Source of the DNA: Candidatus Limnocylindria bacterium
Lineage (GTDB): Bacteria; Chloroflexota; Limnocylindria; QHBO01
DNA length: 64,000 nucleotides
Reading direction: 5' to 3'
NCBI GenBank assembly: GCA_046262115.1
Contig: JBHENJ010000067.1
Location: forward strand, 2,211-66,210
This document shows positions 33,438 to 48,711 of this stretch, one piece after another. Below the pieces are notes generated by a model that did no database searches, was not told the origin of the DNA, and worked only from the letters and a program-made list of their open reading frames with translations. The position numbers and the translations under genes were made by a program. Position 1 is the stretch's first letter. Every line of letters begins with the position of its first letter.

Positions 33438-34103
33438 TCAACGCCGAGCGTGCCGCGCAGCCTCCCGAAGTGTCCGCGCCTCGGCGAGCCGGCGGCGCCA
33501 ATACCCGCCGAACCAGCCAGCGAGCGCTCCGAGCAGGACCGTCGGCAGGCCGAAATAGAGGACAAAAACGCCGATGAATCCCGGGTCGAAACCGACCCCC
33601 GACGACGTGATCTGATAGACCGCGTACGCGAGCAGGAAGATCAACCCCGTCACCGCCGCCGCCAGCCCGTACAGCCACGGTCGCTGCCAGCCAAGGTACC
33701 CGGCGCCGATAAGCGCGCCGAACTCGACCATGGAGGCGACGAATCCGATCGCGCTGGACGACTCGAACAGCCTGGCGACCGCCCACACCAGGCCGGCGAC
33801 GAGCCAGATCACCGGGTTCGCGCGGAGGACATGGACGCCGGCGGCAGGCGCCCGGAGCCAGCTCGGCCCGGAGTGCGAGAACCCCGCGAGCGGATCGGGC
33901 TTGTCGGGAAGCGGCGCCGCAGGCGGGACGAACATCCGCTGTAAGAGGTTCGGCCGGGGCGGCCGATCTCGGCCGGCCGAGTCGACGTCGCCCTCATCGT
34001 CGTCCGGCTCCCGATCGGTGCCGGCGCCCTGTCGCGCGCGTCGGCGAGCTTCGGCGCGGCTCTCGGCGTCACGAGACGAGCGTCGCCGCGAGCTCTGCGC
34101 CAT
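33438..34103 (-). CDS. Membrane protein with a charged N-terminal region and 4 TM segments, function unknown
   Basis: ORF of 221 aa with high GC3. Confidence 0.45.
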   Translation of the reverse strand: MAQSSRRRSSRDAESRAEARRRARQGAGTDREPDDDEGDVDSAGRDRPPRPNLLQRMFVPPAAPLPDKPDPLAGFSHSGPSWLRAPAAGVHVLRANPVIWLVAGLVWAVARLFESSSAIGFVASMVEFGALIGAGYLGWQRPWLYGLAAAVTGLIFLLAYAVYQITSSGVGFDPGFIGVFVLYFGLPTVLLGALAGWFGGYWRRRLAEARTLREAARHARR

Positions 34104-34238
34104 CGGCCGATTCTACGACCGGCCGCCGTAACCGCCCGGTAACGCCGGCGTAACCGCCTCCGCGGACTTTCTCCCGGCTGCGTCTCCGTGCAGGGAGGAG
34201 TGCGGATGCCTCGGGAGAATCGACCGCGAGCCGCGGTC

Positions 34239-37200
34239 ATGACGATCGCGCGCGCTACGGTGTCTCTCGTGGCCGCCATCGGGCCGTTGATGGCGTGGAC
34301 GACGATCGGCGTGGCGGCCGACGCTTCGCACCTCGTCATCAGCGAGCTCGTCACGGGTGGAGCGACTGCCAGCGACGAGTTCATCGAGATCTACAACCCG
34401 CTGGCCGTCGATGCGCCGCTCGCGGGGCTGGAGCTCATCTACGTGACTGCCAGCGGGACCACCGTGACCCGGCGCGCGGCGTGGAGCGAGGGCGCGATCG
34501 CTCCGCACGCGCACGTCCTCGTCGCAAACGACGCAGGGATCTATCGGACGGTCGCCGACAGCGTGTACACCAGCGGCACGAGCGCTTCGGGCGGGAGCGT
34601 CGCGTTGCGTGCGATCGGCTCGTCGACGGCCATCGATGCGGTCGGGTGGGGCAATGCCACAAGCACGTGGGTGGAGGGCGACCCGGCCACGGCGGCGCCC
34701 CCGGGCTCGAGCCTCGAGCGTCTTCCCGGCGGCACGCTCGGGTCGGGCCACGACACGGACGACAACGCGCACGACCTGGTCATCCGATCCGTCCCTGAGC
34801 CGCAGAACATGGGCTCGCAGCCGACTCCGCCCATCGGCCCCGGTGGAACGCCATCGCCGGCGTTTGGCGACCCGTCGTCCACGCCGCCGTCGCCGCTGCC
34901 GAGCGCGGAGCCCACGTCTCTCACCTCGCCAGGCGCGACGCCATCATCAACCGCCAGCCCGAGCGCCGCTCCATCAGCCACGGCGACGCCAACAGCCACC
35001 GCCGCGCCCACAGTGACGCTTCCGCCGTCGTCGACGGCGACTCCCATGGAGCCGGCAGCGCCTGCGCCGATCACCGTCGCCACGGCGCGTTCGCTCCCGG
35101 AGGGCGCTCCGGCGACGATCGAAGGCACGGCGCTGAGCGCGTCCGACTTCACCGATGGTGGCGGGTTCGTCGCCGACCACTCCGCCGGTATCGCCGTGAT
35201 CGTGTCGGGCGACACGTTCGAACGCGGCGAGCGCGTGCGACTCAGCGGCGTGACGGATGAGCGCTATCACCAGACGACGCTTCGCGCCGACACGGTCACA
35301 CACCTCGGTGCCCGCTCCGAGCCCGCGGCCGAGGACCGGTCGACCGGGAGCATCGGCGAGTCAGCCGAGGCCACCCTCGTCTCCATCCGCGGGTACGTGA
35401 TCGGGCGCGCCACGGAGCTGACCGCGGGTCTGGCGTACGAGCTCGACGACGGATCAGGCGCGGTGCGCGTCCTCGTCGTCCCGGTCACCGGGATCGACAC
35501 CACTGGCTGGGTCCCGGGCGCCGCCGTCTCGGTTACCGGCGTGGTGAGCCAGCGCGACTCGAGCGGCCACCGGCACGGCCGGTTACCGCGTCCTTCCGCG
35601 CGACGAACAGGATGTCCGCGACGTGTCGCCGCCACCGTCTCCGACGGCGAGCGCGTCCGGTTCACCGTCCTCGACGCCTCGGCCGACGACGCCATCGCCG
35701 ACGCGGTCCGGTCCGGCAGGCAGCCAGGCCGCGCTCCCGCTGATCTCGATCGCAGCGGCGCGCGCAGCGGAGTCCGACGAGTCCGTGCGCATCCGCGGCG
35801 TAATCACCGCGTCACGGGGCGCAGTGCTCGACGCCGACAGCGCCTTCGTGCAGGACGACACAGCCGCGCTCCTGCTCCGCGTACCCGATGACGTGACGCT
35901 TCCCGGGCGCGACGAAACCGTGGAGCTGTCCGGCACCCGCTCCTCGAAGGCCGGGATGCTCTCGCTCCGCGTCGAGGCTGCGACGGCGGTCGGGCACGCG
36001 GCGGCACCATCGCCCATCGAGGTCGCGACCGGCGCACTCGTCAACAGCGGCGAGGACTACGAGGCGCGCCTCGTCCGCGTCGCCGGCGTGGTCGCCTCAC
36101 CCCGTCTGTCGTCGCTCGGCAACCTGTCGTTCACCATCGACGACGGGAGCGGCCCGCTTCGCGTCTTCGTGTACGCGTCGACCGGCATCGACGCCGTGGT
36201 CTTCGAGGCCGGCGCATGGTTCGAGCTGCGCGGGGTGCTCGGACAGGAGACGAGCGGGGACAACCCGACCGAAGGCTATCGCCTGTGGCCGCGCGACTCC
36301 GGCGACGTGCGCCTCGTCGCGCCGGCGACCGCGGCAGGAGGCTCTGCCGGCCAGGCCGCAACCGCCGACCGAGCGGCCGACGGCGGCTCGGACGGCGCCA
36401 TCGGCGAAGTACGCGACCCCGACGGCCAGGACCTGGGCTCCCTGGTTGCGCCCCGTCCGGGTGAGAGCGGAGGACCGGCCGCCGCCACGCTCGTCCTACC
36501 GGCGTGGCCCGAGCTCGACCTTGCGGCTCTCCTGTGGGACGGCTCGACCGCGGTGGGCGTCCGCGACTCGCCCGATGCCCGCGATCGCGTCAGGACCCTT
36601 CTCGACGGCCGTCGGCCTCCGCTGGTGGTGAGCGTCGACGGCGAGGCGAGCGCGGCGACGTGGGGTCCGCTGGCGGGATGGACCCTCACACTCAGCGATC
36701 CGGGGGCGCTCGAGACCATCGGCGGCAGTCCGCGGCCTCCGGCCACGTCGCTTCCGTCCGAGCCGGCGGCGGCGTGGACGCAGCTGCTCGGCCGCCTCGA
36801 GATTGGCCGCGACAGTGCCGCGCTGCGGGTCGACGGCGCGTCCGTGCCGGTGGAACTCCAGTGCGAGGACGCTTCGTCAACCGAGGCGTGGTCGTCGCTC
36901 GACGGTAAGCTGATCAGGGTCACGGGGCTCGCCGGTGACGCCGGAGGCGGGGTCATGATGCTCGTGCCGTGCTCGGGATTCGCCGCGGCGCCCACGCTCG
37001 CTGCCGATGGTTCCGGGCTGTCCACGGACCGCGCCAGCGCGGCTTCGGCCGAGCGCGACATCCGCGAACCGTCGTCCGAGGTCGATGCCGGGATGCTGCT
37101 CGTCGGCGCCGGGGTGGCGACGATGCTGACGAGCACGCTCATCGCCCTCGCCTGGCGGAACGGCACGATCGGCCGCGTCCTGGCGCGATTTCGGCCCGAG

Positions 37201-37242
37201 GAGCCGGCCGGTGAGCCACGGGAGGAGCGGCCAGCGTCCTGA
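34239..37242 (+). pseudogene. Large lamin-tail-domain (LTD) cell-surface protein with three repeated beta-rich modules and a C-terminal TM anchor, carrying one frameshift (~35578)
   Basis: Signal peptide, the LTD motif (HLVISELVTGGATASDEFIEIYNP) and a Pro/Ser/Thr linker. The repeat-1 end ...VTGVVSQRDSSGHRHG continues in the next frame as YRVLPRDEQDV, which parallels the repeat-2 end GVLGQETSGDNPTEGYRLWPRDSGDV. The junction lies in a GGCCGG run. Confidence 0.5.
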
Positions 37243-37269
37243 CCGTGACGTCCCGACCGGCGCGGCGCC

Positions 37270-38211
37270 TTGACGTTGCCGGAGCACCGCCGGGATACTC
37301 CGCGCGGTTTGAGCGACCGGACGCGAGCCGATGCGCCGCGCAGCGGCGGAAAGCAGTACCACCTCGGGCTCGAACAGGGCGAGCTGGCGGAGTACGTCCT
37401 GCTCGCCGGTGACCCCGAGCGACCGGCGCGTGTTGCCGAGCGCTTCGATGCGATCGACGTACGCCGCCAGACACGCGAGATCGCGACGATCACCGGCCGC
37501 TACCGCGGCATGCCGGTGTCCGTTATGTCGACCGGGATGGGCGCGGACAACATCGAGATCGTCGTCGCCGAGGCGCTCGAGATCACGCGCCACCCGACCT
37601 TGCTGCGCATCGGCTCATCCGGCGCGCTGCAGCCGCAGATCTCCGCGGGGGACCTCGTGATCTCGACCGGAGCCGTGCGGCTCGAGAACACGACCTCGTT
37701 CTACGTCCACGACGGATACCCGGCGATCGCGCACCGCGAGGTCGTCTGGGCGCTGGAGACGGCGTGTCGGAGACTCGGACATCGGTATCACGTGGGCGTC
37801 ACCGCCACGGCGTCGGGGTTCTACGCTGCGCAGGGACGGCCGATGCGCACGCTCCCGGTTCGCTATCCTGATCTCGCGGACGAGCTCCGCGGCCAGGGCG
37901 TGGCGAACTTCGAGATGGAGTCGTCGGCGCTCTTCGTGCTCGCGGCGCTCGCGGGGGTCCGAGCGGGGACCGTCTGCGCGGCGTATGCGCAGCGTGTCGA
38001 CGGAACGTTCCTCGAAGGCGCGGATAAGGAGGCCGCGGAGGCACGCTGCATCGACGCGGGGTTGGCCGCGATCCATCTACTGTGGGAGCTCGACCACGCA
38101 TCCGAGGCCGATCGCCACGATCGGTGGACGGCACTCATCGGGCAGGCGGCAGGGGCCGCCGAGGCTCCCGGCCCGCAAGGCAACTCAGAGGAGGCACAGA
38201 GTGGCAACTGA
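37270..38211 (+). CDS. Nucleoside phosphorylase (PNP_UDP_1 family, uridine/purine nucleoside phosphorylase-like)
   Basis: LLAGDPERPARVAERFD...STGMGADNIEIVV...EMESSALF are the family motifs. Confidence 0.7.
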   Translation: MTLPEHRRDTPRGLSDRTRADAPRSGGKQYHLGLEQGELAEYVLLAGDPERPARVAERFDAIDVRRQTREIATITGRYRGMPVSVMSTGMGADNIEIVVAEALEITRHPTLLRIGSSGALQPQISAGDLVISTGAVRLENTTSFYVHDGYPAIAHREVVWALETACRRLGHRYHVGVTATASGFYAAQGRPMRTLPVRYPDLADELRGQGVANFEMESSALFVLAALAGVRAGTVCAAYAQRVDGTFLEGADKEAAEARCIDAGLAAIHLLWELDHASEADRHDRWTALIGQAAGAAEAPGPQGNSEEAQSGN

Positions 38212-38344
38212 AGCCTACTGCGTGAAGTGCAAGACCAAGCGCACCATGAAGAACGACCAGCGCATCACGATGAAGAACGGCAAGCCCGCCACGGAGGGCA
38301 CGTGCCCGGTGTGCGGGACCAAGATGTTCAAGATCGGGGGCTGA
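38201..38344 (+). CDS. Small zinc-ribbon protein (47 aa; YCVKCKTKR...CPVCGTKMFKIGG; DUF5679-like)
   Basis: Two CxxC pairs. A GAGGAGG Shine-Dalgarno sequence lies 6 nt before the GTG. It overlaps the 3' end of the phosphorylase gene in another frame. Confidence 0.55.
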   Translation: MATEAYCVKCKTKRTMKNDQRITMKNGKPATEGTCPVCGTKMFKIGG

Positions 38345-38367
38345 CGAGCAGCTCAGTTCCCGGCGCG

Positions 38368-39402
38368 ATGGGGCAGCCGGCCCTCGGGCCGGTTGTCGCC
38401 ATCGATCTCGGCGGCACGCAGATCCGGGCTGGGTACGCCACGCCCGACTTTCAGGTCGAGTTTCGCCGCGCCGTCCCGACCGGCGACACGAGCAGGGTGG
38501 CGGCGGTCATCGCCGAAATCATCGGCCTCGCATCCGCGGTCATCGACGACGTGCGGGCCGCCGGCCGTCCGGAACCGCTCGGGGTCGGCATATCGTCCCC
38601 CGGACCGATCGATCCGTGGCGCGGTCTCGTGGTGGCGCCGCCGAATCTCCACGGCTGGCATGACGTGCCGCTCGCCGACGAGGTGGAGCGCGCCCTCGGG
38701 CTACCGACGTTCCTCGAGCGCGACACCAACGTCGCGGTGCTGGGCGAATGGCGTGCCGGCGCGGGCGCGGCCGCCGACGACGTGGTGTACGTGACCGTCT
38801 CGACGGGGATCGGCGGTGGGATCGTCACGGGCGGGTCTCCGCTCATCGGCCCCGATGGCACGGCGGGCGAGGTCGGGCACATGACCGTGGAGCTCGACGG
38901 CCCGCTCTGCGGGGATGGCAAGCCTGGGCACGCAGAGGCGATCGGGTCCGGAACGGCGATCGCCCGCGACGGGCGTGAGCTCGTGGCCACGCGTCGGGCA
39001 GACGTCCTGGCGCGGCTCGTCGACGGCGACGCCGACAGGGTCACCGCCGCGATCGTCGCACGGGCGGCGGATGAGGGCGATCTGGCGTGCGTCGCTATCA
39101 TGGAGCGCGCATACCAGGCCGTGGGCGCCATGTGCGCGAGCCTCGTCAACGCCCTCAACCCCGAGGTCATCGTGCTCGGCGGCTCGATCGCGGAGCACCG
39201 GCCGCGCCTCCGCGAGGTGGCTCGTGAAGAGATCGACCGGCGTGCCTTCGCGATCCCCGCGGCGCGCGTCCGCGTGGTGGCCCCGCACTTCGGCGACGAC
39301 GTGTCGCTGGTCGGAGCGGTCCCGCTGGTCGGCGACCGGCGGGCCGACCCGGCGTTCCAGCGCAATCGCAGCACCGCTCCGCCGATCCGCGGCCAGACCT
39401 GA
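38368..39402 (+). CDS. ROK-family sugar kinase (glucokinase-like)
   Basis: LGGTQIR...GIGGGIV...GHM...C..C..G..GHAEA is the ROK signature with its zinc motif. Confidence 0.75.
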   Translation: MGQPALGPVVAIDLGGTQIRAGYATPDFQVEFRRAVPTGDTSRVAAVIAEIIGLASAVIDDVRAAGRPEPLGVGISSPGPIDPWRGLVVAPPNLHGWHDVPLADEVERALGLPTFLERDTNVAVLGEWRAGAGAAADDVVYVTVSTGIGGGIVTGGSPLIGPDGTAGEVGHMTVELDGPLCGDGKPGHAEAIGSGTAIARDGRELVATRRADVLARLVDGDADRVTAAIVARAADEGDLACVAIMERAYQAVGAMCASLVNALNPEVIVLGGSIAEHRPRLREVAREEIDRRAFAIPAARVRVVAPHFGDDVSLVGAVPLVGDRRADPAFQRNRSTAPPIRGQT

Positions 39403-40422
<1,020 letters not shown>

Positions 40423-40449
40423 GCACACGAGCAGGGGGCGCAGAGGCCG

Positions 40450-42953
<2,504 letters not shown>

Positions 42954-42955
42954 GG

Positions 42956-43459
42956 TCAGGCCTCGGGCGTTTCGGCCTCGGATGTCGTTCGGCTGCGGCG
43001 CGTCTCGGCGCGCGACTCGCGCGACGCCCTGGTGACGGCGACCTTGGCCTTACCGGCCGCGGTGCGCGGCCGGTCGGCCGCACGGCCCGCGGCGGCCTTG
43101 GAGGCCTTGGCGGCGGCGACCTTCTTGCGCGTGGCGGTCTTGCTCGCCGCCGTCCGCGCGCGGCCGGTGGTCGGAGCGATGGCCTGGTCGTCGAGGAGGT
43201 GCGCGGCGTTGGCCTTGGCCATCAGCCGGCGCTTGCGGCGGGCGGCGTTGTTCGGGTGGATGATCCCCTTGGCCGCGGCCCGGTCGAGCGCACTGACGGC
43301 GCTCACGACGGCCGCCTGGCCGTCCCCATCCGTCTGACCGAGTGCGATGCGGGTCGCCCGCTGGACGAGCGACTTGGCGGCGCTGCGTGTACGCTTGTTG
43401 ACCGATCGGCGGCCCAGTGTCTGGCGCACGCGCTTGATCGCCTGGCGAGTGTTCGCCAC
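42956..43459 (-). CDS. rpsT: 30S ribosomal protein S20 with a Lys/Ala/Arg-rich C-terminal extension of about 100 aa
   Basis: The GTG start (VANTRQAIKRVRQ) is preceded by a GGGAGGA Shine-Dalgarno sequence. The S20 core is ...AAKGIIHPNNAARRKRRL, and the frame then continues with AKANAAHLLDD...KKVAAAKASKAAAGRAADRPRTAAGKAKVAVTRASRESRAETRRSRTTSEAETPEA. Confidence 0.8.
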   Translation of the reverse strand: MANTRQAIKRVRQTLGRRSVNKRTRSAAKSLVQRATRIALGQTDGDGQAAVVSAVSALDRAAAKGIIHPNNAARRKRRLMAKANAAHLLDDQAIAPTTGRARTAASKTATRKKVAAAKASKAAAGRAADRPRTAAGKAKVAVTRASRESRAETRRSRTTSEAETPEA

Positions 43460-43545
43460 GTGGATCCTCCCGGGATTGACGCCGAAACGGCGGGCCACGC
43501 AGCATACCAGAGCGTGATCGGGCTCACCGCCGGCGCCTGGAGGGA

Positions 43546-45444
43546 GTGAAATATCGCTCGGCAGAACGCAGCGTGACCGTCGCGACGGATAGGCTGCACC
43601 TCTTCCCGTCGGCGTTCGCCAACCTGCGGTGGTCGGCGGTGCTGGCGGGCTTCGCTTCGACAACAGTCGTTCTCGGAGTCGCCGTTGTCGGTGGGGCGAC
43701 GGCCCTCGCCGCCACGTACGACGGTCGCGTCATGCCCGGCGTCGAGATCGGCGGTGCCGAGGTCGCGGGGCTCGACCGCGCGGCGGCCGACGACGCGGTC
43801 CGGGCGGCCCTTCCATCATTGTCGAGCGGCTCCGTCACGCTCGTCGCGGGCGACGAGGAGCGGTCGGTCCCGTACGCCGCGTTCGAGCGCGACTACCGGA
43901 TCGACGCCATGCTCGACGACGCCTTCGCCGTCGGCCGACGAGGCAACTTCCTCGAACGCGCAGTCGCGTTCATGCGCTCCGGGATCCATTCCGCGCACGT
44001 CTCCGTGGCAGCCACTTACGACCCCGAGGCTCTCGATCGACTCGTGACCTCGGCCGCGGCCGATCTCGTGCGCCAGCCCCGCGATGCCGTTGCGACGCTC
44101 AGCGGTGGAACCTTCGAGGTCGAGGCGGGGGTGAGCGGCCGCCGCATCGACGCCCCGACGTCGGTGGTCGCGGTCGCGGCCGCACTGGCCAGCACCGACC
44201 CCGGCGACGTAACGGTTCGCCTCGTCGCGCGCGACGTCGAGCCATCGGTCACTACCGAGGAGGCCGAATTCGCCGCAGCCCACGCGATCGCGATGACGGC
44301 CCACGACCTCACGCTCACCGCCGGCGACGACGAGTTCACGATAGGCGCCGCCTCGTTGCGGCCATGGGTCGAATTCGTCACGACGGCAGGAGGTGGTTAC
44401 AGGGCCCGTCTGCTCACCGATCCGATCGTCGAGCGGCTCCGCGCGCTCGCTGCCGACATCGACCGCCAGCCGCAGGACGCGAGCTTCTACAGCGACGGGG
44501 CGCAGCTCAGCGTCATCCCGAGCGTCGAGGGCCGCACGCTCGACGTCGAGGCCAGCGTCCGGCGCGTGGTCGAGACGCTCGAGGCCCTGCGGACCGGCGC
44601 GTCGGCGCCGACCGTCGAGCTCTCGATTGCCACCGCACAGCCCGCGCTGACGACCGAGCAGGCCGAGGCCGCCGTCCCGCAGATGCAGGTGATCTCGAGC
44701 TGGACGACCTACTTCACGCCGAACCCGGGCGATTTCTTCGGCGAGAACATCGCCGTCCCGACGCGGATCCTGGACGGGTACGTCGTGGTGCCCGGCGCGT
44801 GGTTCGACTTCTGGACCGCCGTCGGACCGGTCACCCCGGAGCGTGGCTATGGTCCGGGCGGCGCGATCATCAACGGTCGCAGCGTCTCGACCGGCGCGCT
44901 GGGTGGCGGCATCTGCTCGACGTCGACGACGCTCTTCAACGCCGCGCTGCGCGCCGGGCTCGAGATCGGTGCGCGGACAAACCACTACTACTACATCTCG
45001 CGCTACCCGACCGGCCTCGACGCCACGGTCTACATGGACGACACCTCGGTCGTGACGATGAGCTTCCGCAACGACACGCCGTATCCGATCATCATCCGCG
45101 GCTACAACGACTACGGCGTGGTCCGGTTCGACCTTCTCAGCGTGCCGACCGGCAGGACGGTCTTCTTCACGGACCCGATCATCCGCAACCAGCGCGCGGC
45201 GAAGGACGTGATCGAGTACACCGACGAACTGGAGCCGGGTGTCCAGGAGCGGGTGGAGTTTCCGCACGACGGGATGCAGGTGTGGGTCACCCGAACCGTG
45301 ACCGATGCGGGTGGCGCGGTCATCCACCAGGAGGAGTACTTCTCCGATTACCGCGTCGTGAACGGCATCATCCGCCAAGGCACGCCCGAGGAGACACCGA
45401 GCCCGACTCCGAGCGCCTCGCCGAGCCCGAGTCCGTCGCCCTGA
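43546..45444 (+). CDS. VanW-family protein with N-terminal TM segment and peptidoglycan-binding-like repeats
   Basis: A C-terminal VanW domain (YGPGGAIINGRSVSTGALGGGICSTSTTLFNAALRAGLEI). Confidence 0.7.
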   Translation: MKYRSAERSVTVATDRLHLFPSAFANLRWSAVLAGFASTTVVLGVAVVGGATALAATYDGRVMPGVEIGGAEVAGLDRAAADDAVRAALPSLSSGSVTLVAGDEERSVPYAAFERDYRIDAMLDDAFAVGRRGNFLERAVAFMRSGIHSAHVSVAATYDPEALDRLVTSAAADLVRQPRDAVATLSGGTFEVEAGVSGRRIDAPTSVVAVAAALASTDPGDVTVRLVARDVEPSVTTEEAEFAAAHAIAMTAHDLTLTAGDDEFTIGAASLRPWVEFVTTAGGGYRARLLTDPIVERLRALAADIDRQPQDASFYSDGAQLSVIPSVEGRTLDVEASVRRVVETLEALRTGASAPTVELSIATAQPALTTEQAEAAVPQMQVISSWTTYFTPNPGDFFGENIAVPTRILDGYVVVPGAWFDFWTAVGPVTPERGYGPGGAIINGRSVSTGALGGGICSTSTTLFNAALRAGLEIGARTNHYYYISRYPTGLDATVYMDDTSVVTMSFRNDTPYPIIIRGYNDYGVVRFDLLSVPTGRTVFFTDPIIRNQRAAKDVIEYTDELEPGVQERVEFPHDGMQVWVTRTVTDAGGAVIHQEEYFSDYRVVNGIIRQGTPEETPSPTPSASPSPSPSP

Positions 45445-45452
45445 GGCGACCC

Positions 45453-46640
45453 TCAGCGGTAGACGCCGTTGTGACCGATGCTCATCGATCCCGGCTGCGG
45501 GAAGTAGGTGAGACCGTGCGGCGCGTGGGCGACCGCGATCGTGGCGATGACGGATCCCTCTGCCGTGTCGATCACCGAGACGCTGTCGTGATAGCGATTC
45601 GACACCCACAGCTGGGAACCGTCGGGTGACACGTTCAGCATGTCCGGACTCCCGCCGACGTTCCAGGTCGCGACGATGCTGCGCGTCGAGAAGTCGATCA
45701 TGCTCATCGTCCCCTCGAGCCGGTTGCTGACGAACAGGGAGCGCGTGTCGCGGCTCACAGCCAGCCCGTGCGCCCCGCGCCCGGTGGGAAGGAAGTCGAG
45801 TTCGGTCATCGTGACCGGGTCGACAATCGAGACGCCGTGCCGGCCCTGATTCGCGATGTAGAAGACCGATCCGTCCGGTGACACCTTCACGTCGACCGGC
45901 AGGCCACCGAGGTTGAGCTCGCCGGAGACCGCGAGCGTGTCGATGTCGACCTTTACCAGCCAGCCGTCGAACTCGGTGCTCGCCAGCAGGTAACTGCCGT
46001 CTGCGGCGAAGTCGAGGTGGTCCACACCCCAATACGCGATCGGAACGCTCTGCACGAGCTCCCACGTCTCCCGTTTGAAGAAGTCGAGACGCCGGAGGTC
46101 CTCGGCGACGACGATCGTGTACCGGCCGTCGGGCGTGAAGTAGAGGTTGTAGGGGCGTCTCACCTCGACGGTTCCCGTCACCTGGCCCGTGCCCGCATCG
46201 ATCTCGGTCAGCGTGTCGGACAGCATGTTGTTCACGTACAGCCGCGTCATGTCCCATGACGGCGTCACGTGGTGGGCGATGCTCCCCGTCGCGAAGCCAT
46301 CGATGATCTCGAACGTCGTCGGGTCGATGACCACCACGGTGCCGGAGATCTCGTGCGGGACGTAGACCCGCGCCGGGATGCCGGCCACGGCAGGAGCGAG
46401 CATGCCGGCGCGTGTGCCGGCGTACACGCTCAGCGGCGGCGTGGGGCTCGCCGTCGGCGCGACACTCGGCGCACGACTGACCGATGGCGGCGGCGTCCCG
46501 CTCGGAGTCGCCGTGGCCAAGATCGGCTCCGTGGCGAGCGGACCCGTGGGGCTCGCAGGCCCGATCGCGCCGCCCGGCGGCGCCCCGCCGCACCCGGCAA
46601 GGAGAGCGGCGACCCCGAAGGTAGCCAGAAAGAGGCGCAT
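45453..46640 (-). CDS. YVTN/YncE-like beta-propeller lipoprotein
   Basis: A lipobox (LLAGCGG) and repeated ...DGS.LYVSN... propeller blades. The ATG at 46640 is in the tool frame. Confidence 0.65.
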   Translation of the reverse strand: MRLFLATFGVAALLAGCGGAPPGGAIGPASPTGPLATEPILATATPSGTPPPSVSRAPSVAPTASPTPPLSVYAGTRAGMLAPAVAGIPARVYVPHEISGTVVVIDPTTFEIIDGFATGSIAHHVTPSWDMTRLYVNNMLSDTLTEIDAGTGQVTGTVEVRRPYNLYFTPDGRYTIVVAEDLRRLDFFKRETWELVQSVPIAYWGVDHLDFAADGSYLLASTEFDGWLVKVDIDTLAVSGELNLGGLPVDVKVSPDGSVFYIANQGRHGVSIVDPVTMTELDFLPTGRGAHGLAVSRDTRSLFVSNRLEGTMSMIDFSTRSIVATWNVGGSPDMLNVSPDGSQLWVSNRYHDSVSVIDTAEGSVIATIAVAHAPHGLTYFPQPGSMSIGHNGVYR

Positions 46641-46881
46641 CGTGCCGCAGTCTATCGGTGTGGGAATGAATGTTTCGGCGAGCTGCGGCGTCAATACCAG
46701 TGAAGGGCCCGCCGCGCCCGGAGGACGGAATGCTGGGCGACGGCGAGGAGGCCGTGAGGCCGGACTCGGGGGTGTCCCGTGCCGCGCTCTTCGGTCGGCT
46801 CGTCCACGAGCGGCTGGACGCCGCGTACCGCCTGGCGCGAACACAGGACGAGGGGGAGGTCTGGGGCTAGACTCGGGCCCC

Positions 46882-48696
<1,815 letters not shown>

Positions 48697-48711
48697 CGGC
48701 GGCCGCCCGAG

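Noticed and set aside
46670-46870. 66-aa ORF in the lepA upstream region
   Set aside because: No RBS and no domain. It lies in a promoter or UTR region, so confidence is low.
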